A stretch of 64,000 nucleotides of DNA from Octopus vulgaris (taxonomy: Eukaryota). Within the stretch, counting starts at the first letter, position 1. Each line of letters opens with the position of its first letter. A program made the position numbers and the translations under genes. Shown one piece after another: positions 1-11,385 of the stretch. Below the pieces are notes generated by a model. The model worked only from the letters and a program-made list of their open reading frames with translations. It did not search any database and was not told the origin of the DNA. The stretch spans positions 38,936,001 to 39,000,000 of the forward strand of contig OX597830.1 of the NCBI GenBank assembly GCA_951406725.2. Direction: 5' to 3'.

Positions 1-399
1 ATGGGAAAAGTAGCGCCAATACAATTTTTGTTCATGTCTTCAGAGCTGATCTTGACACAAACAAGAACAATAACAACTTATTCATTTTACGTAACCGCTA
101 AAACATGTTACTATCTAGTGAAACGTCTCTCCACGGTTTAAAAATGTAAATTTCATGATTAATTCTGGATAATTCTATATTTTTGCAGCGGAAGTTAGTT
201 TCTTAATTAAGCTCCAGTTTTTTATTTGACTGCCTTCAAAAGCGTCGATTATAGCTAAATGCTTTCTTTATATTTTCTAAATGAACATCTTATATATTTT
301 TGAGAGCGAGTCCGCAAGCTAATGGTGTATTATTCAATATTTAACAGCAACAATTTCATAAATATTCATTGATTCACTCAGGAATACTTAATTTCAATG

Positions 400-860
400 C
401 ATTTGACTCCATATGGAACATAGTGTGGCAATAAAGATTTCCATCTGTCTCGATCTTTGGCAATAGATTACAGTTGTTCGAATTTATAGCTGCCTCCCAG
501 TGCTTCAGTTTGCGTCTGGTTTTGAACACAGTTCTGACGTTCCTTGTTTCTTGTTACTGTCGTATATAAGTCAAGTTTGTTCCACATCGCAGCTTTCTTA
601 TAGCTTTCAGTAGGATATTTCATATGCATTATCTGTGGTCTTCCATTAGCAGAGCCGGTTTCAGATGTTCTCTTTCAGTGTTTTAGTAGCAATACTATCT
701 TCCTCCGTTATTAAGCGAGCTTTGGATCGGTTTTGACTTAGTGCGCAAAAACGTATATCAAAAATGTCAATCAAATTCTGAAAGGAAATTAAATATTGCA
801 AGCATATTCTATATCTGTATAGCTCAATACAATATACGGACTGTGTCATATGAATAAAAC
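400..860 (-). mobile_element. Decayed 3' end of an RTE-like non-LTR retrotransposon ORF
   Basis: Minus-strand translation near 400-462 gives AKDRDRWKSLL, resembling the RTE C-terminal A-x-D-R-x-x-W motif; the rest is broken by stops and frameshifts. Confidence 0.45.
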
Positions 861-1174
861 TAATTTGAATTAAAGAAAGAAGAGAAAAATTGCCCGACGG
901 GTGTAAAAATGATTTTGAGAAATAATCTTTAGAATCTTAAAAGTGATTCCTTTTTGTCAGAAGAGACACGTTTAATATCAGATTCAGTATATTCGAAATT
1001 TCTTGAGAGATTTAAAATAGAAAGAACTATAAAATGACATGACTGCATAATTCAGAAATTCGCTTTGAAAGTACATAAGAGATATTCTCCCAAAGCATTT
1101 GATTGGTCGATGAATGTTGAGTGAACTTTAATATAAAGAAAATGTGGAAACCTGCTGTGATTACACGTGCACAA

Positions 1175-1179
<5 letters not shown>

Positions 1180-1240
<61 letters not shown>

Positions 1241-1260
1241 GGGGCGAGAGATAGAGAGAG
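1180..1260. repeat. (TA)n-(GA)n compound microsatellite
   Basis: Directly visible. Confidence 0.95.
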
Positions 1261-1620
1261 AAAGAGCGAGGGTGATGGAATGAAGAAAGATATCTCTATA
1301 GGGTACAGTTATAATTACGGGTACAAAAAGCTATTATGCCGAATACGTCCAACCACTTCAAAATGAATTGTTAGCCAGCTTACTTTCCCACTTTCAACAT
1401 GTATGTTTAATTGTGGAGTGAATATTTTTGAAGTGATAGAATATATTAGGCACGCGCTTTCAGCATATAGGTATAATAGCCTAAATGTACCTCATACAGT
1501 TATATATCTCTATAAATGTATTTTACTTAAAAGGCTTTTATATGCTGGCCATTGATAAAATACATTAATTTTAAAGATTTCAGTCTCTAATTATGCTTTA
1601 AATATATATATATATATATA

Positions 1621-1990
1621 CAAGCAAAACGCCCCCCGTCCAATAGACGGTGCTGAGTTGTCAAACATTTAAACCAAATTTTCTCAAAACAACTTGTCCT
1701 ACCGTCCCTTAGGCTTCCCCTTTGAGAAAAACTGATTTAACCTAAATTTGAGACACCGTGCATTTTTATCGCGTACGCGTAGTATCGATCGCAACAGCTG
1801 GTTTACGTGCGCGTACAAATGCACGTTCCCACGGCTTTGTCGATCGCATTCTCACCTGGAATCGATTTTTGTAATTTTTTCAAGACTTACACACGCCCTG
1901 ATACCGTCGGTATCTACGTAACAAATTTGAACTCAGTCGAATCCTAGAAGACACACACAGAGACAAACAGAACGGATTTAATATATATAA
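1621..1990 (-). mobile_element. Non-autonomous Helitron-like element
   Basis: Terminal hairpin ccgtc-caata-gacgg lies ~15 nt from a CTTG end (CTRR-like) on the minus strand; TATATA-rich 5' end; (TA)n on both sides. Confidence 0.6.
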
Positions 1991-2193
1991 TATATATATA
2001 TATAAAAAAGTTGAGTTGTGGGGTATCGCACGAGTGGGATTATATAAGAAAAAAGGTTTGAAAATGCAATTTAAACTTTTTTTGAACCCATATTATTCAA
2101 TGTTTCCTTAAATGTAACTTTTGACAATCTTTTACCAAAGAGTGAAACCGGTTAAGTAAATAAACATCGTTTAAATTGCATTTTCAAACCTTT

Positions 2194-2387
<194 letters not shown>

Positions 2388-2559
2388 TGTGTGTTCATAG
2401 ACAGAGAGAGACATGTGCATGATTATATATGTATATATCTGTCTATTTTTCTGCCTATCTCTCTTACACACACATTGTCTCTCTCTATATATATATAATA
2501 CATACACACATACATAAATACGTGTGTGTGTGTACATGGTAAAGTTAATTGCCTGATGT

Positions 2560-3425
2560 TACTACCGTTCTAACTCCAGCGAGATCTTCCGCCAGCTATT
2601 TATATGTGCAGCCTGAATATACTGCAAGCAGGAGAGCGCACACCTACCATCCTCCACCAAACGACGCGAGACCGACTCTGTTTCGCTAGATTCCGACCGT
2701 TAGTAAAATGGGAAGTGTCCGCTCCAGCTCACAATATATGGAAAACAAAGCGACCATCGGTCTCTTAATATGTAGCAAGCAAAGAATCATAATGAAGAGC
2801 ACAACAGTCTACCATCCACAGGCCAACGGACTAGAGGAGAGATTTCACAGCCGCCTGAAGCAATCCCTGACAACCAGATATAACAGGCCCAATTAGATTG
2901 ATCAACTTCCATGGGTGATGCCAGGAATCTACGCCGCCCCAAATGGAAATCTCAACATTTATTCCCCGGAAATGGTGTACAGTTCCAAGAGAGTTACTTC
3001 CAAGCACAGTCAGACCCAGATGTCAAAAGATATCTTACGGAACTGAGAGCCTGTGTGGGCCAGTTTCGTCCTACTCCCATGTCAACACATAGTACACCTA
3101 AATCAACCGTACCAAATGACCTCCGCACAACCGAGTTCCAATTCGTTTGACATGACAAACGACGGAAACCTCTGCAGTCCCCCTACAATGGCCTAACGTC
3201 CAGCTCCTAATTGGCGGACGACGAGACACAGTTTCATCTCGATGTTGACAGACCAGTTTGGTAGCTTAGCCACCAAACAGGGGCTGCGATGGAAAAATCA
3301 CACCAACATTTGGCAATGTACATTCACCAGAGAGCCGAGTAACCACACGCATAGAGAGGGCAAATAAAACGCCTTTCCGATTCCAATGACGGTGAACAGT
3401 CTGGCGGGTGGGTTTGCTATATGTG
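2560..3425 (+). mobile_element. Gypsy/Ty3 LTR retrotransposon remnant (integrase core and GPY/F region)
   Basis: TTVYHPQANGLEERFHSRLKQSL matches the integrase motif TTAYHPQxNGxVERFHRxLK, followed by LPWVMPGI and KPLQSPYNG (GPY/F-like); multiple stops and frameshifts. Confidence 0.85.
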
Positions 3426-3439
3426 ACAAAATTCCCAAG

Positions 3440-3775
3440 GTTTGTTATATGTAACACAATTCCCAAGGATTTATGACGGACGAACTGTAGACAGAGTCTT
3501 CACTGCAGAAAAATATGTGTAGATATTGCAGAAAGGACTCCTTCCAATCTTCTCCAGTGGTGAAATTATTAAAAAGCTTCCCTGGCCAAGCCAGGCACCA
3601 TGTTAAAACCCTTATTGAACACCTCTGGGCCAAAATGGATAGACACTTCATAACAAAAACAAGAAAGCATATTCAAAGTCAGATCTATTGTGATTACTGC
3701 ATGAGACTTGGCAAGAAATTCCTAAGAGGGTCGTTGCATTGAAAAATGCAAAGGGCATGTCTACTAAATATTAAA
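3440..3775 (+). mobile_element. Tc1-like transposase C-terminal fragment
   Basis: IEHLWAKMDR (cf. SPDLNPIEHLW) and terminal AKGMSTKY* (cf. Tc1 xKGxxTKY*). Confidence 0.7.
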
Positions 3776-3794
3776 TATTCACATTATAACAATT

Positions 3795-3858
3795 AATAAT
3801 TAATTTGAATGTATAATAATTAATTTGAATGTATAATAATTAATTTGAATGTATAATT
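3795..3858. repeat. Tandem repeat, 20-bp unit x3 (ataattaatttgaatgtata)
   Basis: Directly visible. Confidence 0.85.
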
Positions 3859-5151
3859 TTAGATTCAAATAAATTTTAATGCTTAAAAGGGTGTCTATTT
3901 CCTTCTCACATGTCTGTGTTGCGTAAAAAGAAACAATTTACATAGACGGTTACAGATGAAGGGAAATAAATTTGATTTAATAAAGAACACACACTGAATG
4001 GTGAAATCAAATGTTTTTTTTTCTTTTTCTTATTCATGAACTATGAATCAAGATTCTAGGCTCAAAGCAAAGTATAAAAGGAAAGTGAAACTAAATGGAA
4101 CAACGTTATCAATAGACTGACTCGAAGTTTCTTCCTACACACTCTCGATTGGTTACTGAAGTTTTTAAGTAGCCGTTTAGTTTACTTTATACGACTTGTA
4201 AATATCAAATCATATATTAGATGTGATTGATTCTCATTTTACATATATATATAATACTGAGGTGAGAAGATATTACGCTTTATAAATAGGTACTTTTTAG
4301 AAAAAGAAAATGGCATCATCATTGCTAAGAACAAACTAAAGTTTTTCGACTATGTTAAATATTTTATGTTCAAAGAAATTATATAAACCATTTCAGAAAT
4401 TATGGAAACCAAGTTATGGAAACCACTTCAGATCTAAAAAGCTGATGATCTTCAACAAGTTTATAGATAATCGTTCTTTGACTCAGTATGTTAAATTTTT
4501 TTGTTTATACAGTTTGTCCATTGCCTCTTCCATATTATTTAAAATAGTCAATAAACCATCCCAAGCAATTTCATTCGTATGGATTAAACTCCTATGAATT
4601 ATCAATTATGATTTGTGGAAACAATACAGATATTTGCTAAATTCTCAGCAGGCTCAGAAATGCTTGAATTTATGGCTAAGCTCTGAAGGTCACTTCTTTC
4701 AAATTCTAGTTGCTATCAACAGCCCATAGAACAATATTCGCTACTAGATGATTTGACCTTAATGCACTCCCTGAGATTCTTGGCAATCTACTGCAGATAC
4801 AAATACCAACGTTCCACCACAAGAAGTAATCATATAATGGCCATTTGGACTTAACCCTTCAATTGTTATTACTTCTCTTGAAGTAATTTCGTATTCAATT
4901 GAAGTAATTATGAATTCCATAAACGTTCTACAAATAAATGTTATTGCCACTTTAATAATGTTCTCGTCACAAATAATTGTCTTGCAAGCCAACATTAGAA
5001 GTTATAGTGTAATGAAAATATTCATATTCTTTAGAACGAATATTACAGACAAACACACGTGGCCATTGTTTGTAAATATAACATAAAGTATGTCACTACA
5101 GACGATTTAAGTGTGTAGTCTTAACTGAATAACAGAAACGCTAATATACGT

Positions 5152-5203
<52 letters not shown>

Positions 5204-5321
5204 CACACATATATATATACAGACACATAAATATGTATATGTAATTTATATACATATATATATACATATATATATATACATATCAATATAATATATACAC
5301 ATATATACGATATACATCTTA

Positions 5322-5367
<46 letters not shown>

Positions 5368-5495
5368 CGTGAATGTATGCGTGTGTGTTTGTGAGTTTGT
5401 GTGTGTGTGAGTACACTAGGTGCATTTCAGCTGTTTTGAGACTTTTAAAGTGAAGCATTTATAACTGTCCTAGATTATTGTAAGTCTAGTATAAC

Positions 5496-5529
<34 letters not shown>

Positions 5530-5530
<1 letters not shown>

Positions 5531-5724
5531 AACAATTGCAGCCTGCAAGGTGTTTGTAAGCCATTTAAGAAACACACAAAAGCCGTTCGATTCACTTCAA
5601 CAGTGAAGTGAATCGAACGGCTTTTGCGTGTTTCTTAAATGGCTTACAAACACCTTCCATGCTGCAATTGTTTTCGTTCCAGCACACGATGTCAGATCAA
5701 ATCACTTGCTATGCAAGTACATCT

Positions 5725-5727
<3 letters not shown>
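5530..5727. mobile_element. Palindromic MITE-like element with 70-bp inverted arms
   Basis: 5530-5599 and 5604-5673 are reverse complements with 3 mismatches; embedded in (TA)n. Confidence 0.7.
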
Positions 5728-5781
<54 letters not shown>

Positions 5782-6049
5782 AGCTGACCTGCCAATATGT
5801 GTTATTCCATATTGCAGGAGATATCTGTAATAGTACTTCGAATAGACAATACTAAACATTACTTGTCGCAGCTGACCAGTTTGCCAAATAGAGTCGGGAC
5901 ATGAAGGCAATTTGAAATTTCGCTATGTAATTTAATTTTCTACTGAACTGGGAAAAGATCAAGAGTCTTATGAAAGGCCACAGAAATATATATGAGCCTA
6001 CGATCTATATTTCTCTGGCAAAAGAGGCCAGTCAAAACTGGATAATCGG

Positions 6050-6440
6050 GAAGCAGATGATGTTCTTCTTTTCTGACAGCAATAGTATTATCTAAATCTA
6101 CTGAGTGCTCTCTGGCTAGGCACTCAATAAAAAGTCCTTTGTTGTGGTTTTGAAGTTAAGGAAGACATTTAATCGGAAGAGTCATAGTTCTTCCACTTGA
6201 GTCGGTGGCACCTGCACAAGGACAATGCACTATTCCGCAATTCCATCTTGGTAACCAACAACTTGACAGAGATGGATATCAAAAATGTTCCTCAGAAATT
6301 CTACAGTCCAAACGTTGCTACTTTCTCTGAAATTTGGTTGTGTTCCAATTTGAAAGAGAAACTGAAGATGGCAGTGAAAAGAGTAACAGGCACCTTCATT
6401 TTGGTGTACCTCCATCGGGCCCTCACAACGTGACTGGAGC
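6050..6440 (+). mobile_element. Mariner-type transposase fragment
   Basis: WHLHKDNA (cf. LHxDNAxxH) and FYSPNVATFSEIWL (cf. PYSPDLAPxDFWLF); degenerate. Confidence 0.65.
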
Positions 6441-6607
6441 GTTACAACATATCCACTGAGGTCCGTGGATCCTTCTTAGAAGGAGAATAGAGTTGTATAA
6501 TACTTCGCAATTAATACCTGGCTCTCCTGAAAATATCATCACTTCAGAAATACCACTTGTTTACTTGAGTGTATGTGTGTGTGTGTGTATGAAAGTGCGT
6601 GTATGTA

Positions 6608-6945
6608 AAGGCCTGTGGCTTAGTGGTTAGGGGTATTCGGCTCAAAATTCTAAGGTCGTGCGTTCAATTCTCAGCGACGCGTTGTGTTCTAATGTTCTAA
6701 AACCAAGGCACTTTATTTCATTTTGCTTCAATCCACACATCTGGCAAAAATTAGTAAAACCTGTATTTCAAATGGTCAGTGTTTCCACACTCTGTATGTT
6801 ACTGAATCTTGCTGAGACGTACGTTAAGGGTAGCGCGCTTCTCTTGGGTGCTCAGCCATATCCGCGTTGATTTCACGAACAGGCTGATCTGTTTGTGCTT
6901 TAACTGGAACGCTCGTCGTCTTAGTCGATGGAGTGCCAGTGTATA
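6608..6945 (+). mobile_element. tRNA-derived SINE (family B)
   Basis: A-box-like gtggcttagtggtta and B-box-like gttcaattc head; related inverted copy at 31770-32125. Confidence 0.7.
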
Positions 6946-7029
6946 TGTGTGTATGTGTGTGTGTGCATGTATGTATCAGTGTATATTCGTATATATATAT
7001 ATATACAACATGTGATCTCTTGAGCACCA

Positions 7030-7213
7030 CCAGCAAAAATATTTTTTTCCTCTGTCTTCCCTTCTTGGGATCTTTCCTTCTCCTTGTTTCCGACGAAGAG
7101 CTCCGCTCAAAACGTTAAACCCTCCTTCCCTTCTTTCCTGAGCGTCAAATAATACTTTAATTGTTCCACGTCCTCGCGTTGCTGTGTTTTTTTCTGTGTT
7201 TTCTTGTTTGGAT

Positions 7214-7218
<5 letters not shown>
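7030..7218 (+). mobile_element. Short non-coding element with degenerate hammerhead motif (Penelope pLTR-like)
   Basis: gttt-ccgacga-a-gagc-tcc-gctc-aaaacgtt-aaac at 7086-7120; ends in (TA)n. Confidence 0.6.
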
Positions 7219-7282
<64 letters not shown>

Positions 7283-7286
<4 letters not shown>

Positions 7287-7486
7287 AATTCAAATAAATA
7301 AACAATTAAATGAACGGATAAAAACGAGAAGAAAGAAAAACAACCAGCGTGAGGACGGGCACAAGAGCTTGACGCCTAGTGAAAGGAGAGGGTTTAACGT
7401 TTCAAGCGTAGCTCTTCATCGGAAAGGAGAACAGGAAGAGTCCAAAGAAGGTAGAGAAGAAATGGCCAACGGATCACGTGTAGTTT

Positions 7487-7488
<2 letters not shown>
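7283..7488 (-). mobile_element. Inverted related copy of the hammerhead-motif element
   Basis: Minus strand reads ccgatga-a-gagc-tac-gctt-gaaacgtt-aaac (7392-7422). Confidence 0.6.
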
Positions 7489-7518
<30 letters not shown>

Positions 7519-7629
7519 TGTATGTATGTATGTATGTATGTATGCATGTATGTATGTATGTATGTACGTATGTATGTATGTATGTATGTATGTATGTATG
7601 TATGTATGTATGTATGTATGCATGCATGC

Positions 7630-7657
<28 letters not shown>
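7488..7657. repeat. (TATG)n microsatellite
   Basis: Directly visible. Confidence 0.97.
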
Positions 7658-7662
<5 letters not shown>

Positions 7663-7820
7663 AGTACATGTATATTTATGTATATGCTTATGTATGTATT
7701 GTGGAATTATTTGTTTCGCTATTTGCAAGATACTGCTTCTCAAAGATCATGCTAGATCAACAAATACGTATTATTCCTTTATTCTCCATTATTTGCGTCT
7801 CAAATATATACTAGATAATG

Positions 7821-7892
<72 letters not shown>

Positions 7893-7956
7893 AGAAATTG
7901 CGACCAGTTTTTCTGAATGCCTTTCTACATTGTTATATTTTACGAATGATTTGCTA

Positions 7957-8030
<74 letters not shown>

Positions 8031-8609
8031 ATATATATATATTAGCAAATCATTCGTAAAATATAACAATGTAGAAAGGCATTTTCTTATGTAGTGTCGC
8101 AATTTCTTATGTAGTGTGTATGAAATATAATATTAATCATAAACAAAAGGAAGAAAACGGTTACTGCTATAGAATTTTAAAAGTCAATATGCGAAAACAC
8201 CTGCGCTGAGAATTTATAAGCCACTTTGTTAGAAATTTGAAATGCCAATCAATCTATGAAGATTCGAAGCACTTAATAGTTAAACGACACGTAATATAAC
8301 TTCTTTTCTGAGAATAATAAATTCTATACATGCAGATATGCACAGATACTTGCCTACCAACGTACGTACATATGATTAAGAGAAGCATCACTTGAATACG
8401 TCATATAATTTATATATTCTTTATTCAAATTCACTTGACTTTATTTACAGTATTATTTATTTACATAATGGATGTAGTCTAACATAGTGTGCGTGTAGGG
8501 GGGGGGGGCACACAAATACATAAGTACACTCTAACTTGCTGAAAATGTATGCATTTTCAGAAATTTTTTATCAAATATATATTTATTAATATATGCAGAT
8601 TCACAAGGC

Positions 8610-9410
8610 AGCAGTCCAGCAGGATGCTGGTAAAAATGCTTAGCGGCATTTTGTCTGTCTTCACGATCTGCATATAAATTCCGGCGAGCTCGATTTTGTC
8701 TTTCATCCGTGTAGGGATCGATGAAATCAGAAGCAGTTGGGGCAGCGAGGTTGCCGATCTTCTGCCAGTATTTGAAACCAGTATATTCAGATCCTAAGAT
8801 GGCGAGGTGACAGAATCGTTAGCACGCCGGACGAAATGCTTAGCAGCATTTCATGGCTCTCGTTCTCGTTCAAATTCCGGCGAGTTCGATTTCGCCTTTC
8901 ATCCTTCCGAGATCGATTGAAAAAGCACCAGTTGAGCACCCGTATTTATTTCTTGCCCCGAACATGCTATCTTTGTGCCAGATTTTATTAACGATTGCAA
9001 GAGCGGTGTCTTCCTTAAAAATACAAGTCTATACATGAATGTTCCAAATATACCGACATTTTAAATTTTTGCATGTGAAGCGATAGCAATTCCTTTCACA
9101 GGTACCAATTATTTGGCTCTAAACGTCTCATTACTTCAAGATTAACAAATATTTATCAGTTGCTTCATTATTATTATTTAAATACTTATAGGCGGTGAGC
9201 TGGTGGAATCGTTAGCACGCCGGGCGAAATGCTTAGCAGTATTTCGTCTGCTGCTACGTTCTGAGTTCAAATTCCGCCGCGGTCGACATTACCTTCGTTT
9301 CTTTCAGGGTCGATAAATTAAGTACCAGTAAAACACTGGAGTCGATGTAATCGAATCATTCTCTCCCCCCCAAATTGCTGCCTTTGTGGCAAAATTTGAA
9401 TCCATTATTA
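8610..9410 (+). mobile_element. Three degraded family A SINE copies (~8610-8760, 8799-8940, 9190-9410)
   Basis: Shared head ggcggtgagctgg.agaatcgttagcacgccgg.cgaaatgcttagc and core gcctttcatcctttcggggtcgat. Confidence 0.8.
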
Positions 9411-10210
9411 TTTAAATATTTAAATCACATATTTCTGATTGACAGAATGTCTTTGATTTAAAATGACTTAAGATAATGTTTCGCGTCTGCTTTTGATGCC
9501 TCGTTCGAGCATTAAGATAAGCTTGCTTCATAATCACATGGTTCCTTTTTTCGATCAAACTGTTCCTCAACATAAGCAAATTATTCTGCCTTAGCCTCGG
9601 ATAATCACACACCTTGAAAGGAAATTTTCTAGGAAACCTTGAAGAGAGTCTTACCTAAACTTTGTTCTTATATAGTGTCTTCCTTATTCTGTTACCCAGT
9701 TTAATACTGTTACATTGCTTTGGTGCTTGAGTGAAATTCACTTTTTCACAAGCATTTGAACCAGGACTACGGGCTAAATATTCCATCTGTAACCAACCGC
9801 ATTGTTTGTTATTTTTAGCTTTGCTTTTACATCTTGTACTGTGCAAATCTAAGAAAGTGAGATCTGATTTCAAAGGCATTTAGGTGAACAGCACACCGAA
9901 TGACCTCGAAGACGTTCCATCTATGTGACCACGGATAGTGGGTTCCATCCAAGAAACCATCCACTCAAAGGGTTCATATCTATGATGCCTAACTCTCCAT
10001 TATAACAATCCTGGTGCTACTTGAAACTCTTGCTTGTCGCTCTAATACAAAACCAATATAGTTCAGCTAAATACTATAGTACACAATATTTTTAAAAAAA
10101 CTCTAGTATATCATATTCTTTACATACACATTTACTTCACTCTCACATGTTTCATCACCGCACAATCAACATGCAGCCTATTGTTTTGGCTATATCTATA
10201 TGCCTATTTA

Positions 10211-10695
10211 AGGTGGCGAGCTGGCAGAGTCGTTAGCACGCCGGGTGAAATGCGTAGCGGTATTTCGTCTGCCGTTACGTTCTGATTTCAAATTCCCCCG
10301 AGTTCAACTTTGCCTTTCATCCTTTCGGGGTCGATTAAATAAGTACCAGTAACGCACTGTGGTCGATGTAATCGACTTAATCCCTTTGTCTGTCCTTGTT
10401 TGTCCCCTGTATGTTTATCCCCTTGTGGGCAGTAAAGAAATATATTTCTATATGCCTATTTAAGGCGGTGAGCTGGCAGAATCGTTAGCACGCCGGGCTA
10501 AATGCTTAGCGGTATTTCGTCTGACCTCTACGTTCTGAGTGCAAATTCCGTCGAGGTCGACTTCGCCTTTCATCCTTTCGGGGTCGATTAAATAAGTACC
10601 AGTTACGCACCGGTGTCGTTATAATCGACTTAATCCGTTTATCTGTCCTTGTTTGTCCCCTCTATGTTTAACCCCCTGTGAGCAATAAAGAAATA
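10211..10695 (+). mobile_element. Head-to-tail dimer of family A SINE
   Basis: Two complete ~230-bp copies (10211-10442, 10463-10695) separated and flanked by the same 20-bp sequence. Confidence 0.9.
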
Positions 10696-11385
10696 TATAT
10701 CTATATGCCTATTTATGCTGGAAGAGTGAAACTTACAAACACATTTTTCTCGTCTACGTCAAGTTCATAAGTGGCATATGTAGTATGAAATAACTCGAAG
10801 TTATGCTAAAAATTATATTGAGCCATCAATTTGTTGTGTTGCATTTGTCAGTGCTAGGTATTTAAAATATTAAAATATTTCTGTTATCTTCAGTAACACG
10901 ATGTTAACGCTACAGCTCAAAACATTTCTGTCTTGCATTCACATTTACATATATAACATCTTCAACAAAATAGTAATTATTACTTTTTTATAAAAAATGA
11001 AGAATCTTAATATCTTCCAATTATTTGTTACATTCCCAAAGAATTATAATATGTTTTAAATTGCTCGTTTTCAACTTTGTACAACTGTTAACAATATTTT
11101 TAAAAGTAAGCAGCTGCGAGCATTGCTGTATTCATACGACTTGTTCTAAATATTTAATTATGAAAAATAACGTTTATCATACATTAAGTACGTATTAAAA
11201 ATATTACCAAAAGAAGCCAATTAGTGTGTTTTTTTAGAAAGGTAAGAAAATCACTTCGATAATTCTATTCATTAGATGCTGTATATGCTATTTGCTACAC
11301 ATGGTGTGTACATAAATCAGAAATCCTCTAGTGAACAGTGTATGTCTAGCGATACTTAACATAACTCGAGAAGGGTTATCTATTA

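Noticed and set aside
9420-10030. Coding-like minus-strand stretch
   Set aside because: No recognisable motif and multiple stops; cannot be assigned without BLASTX.
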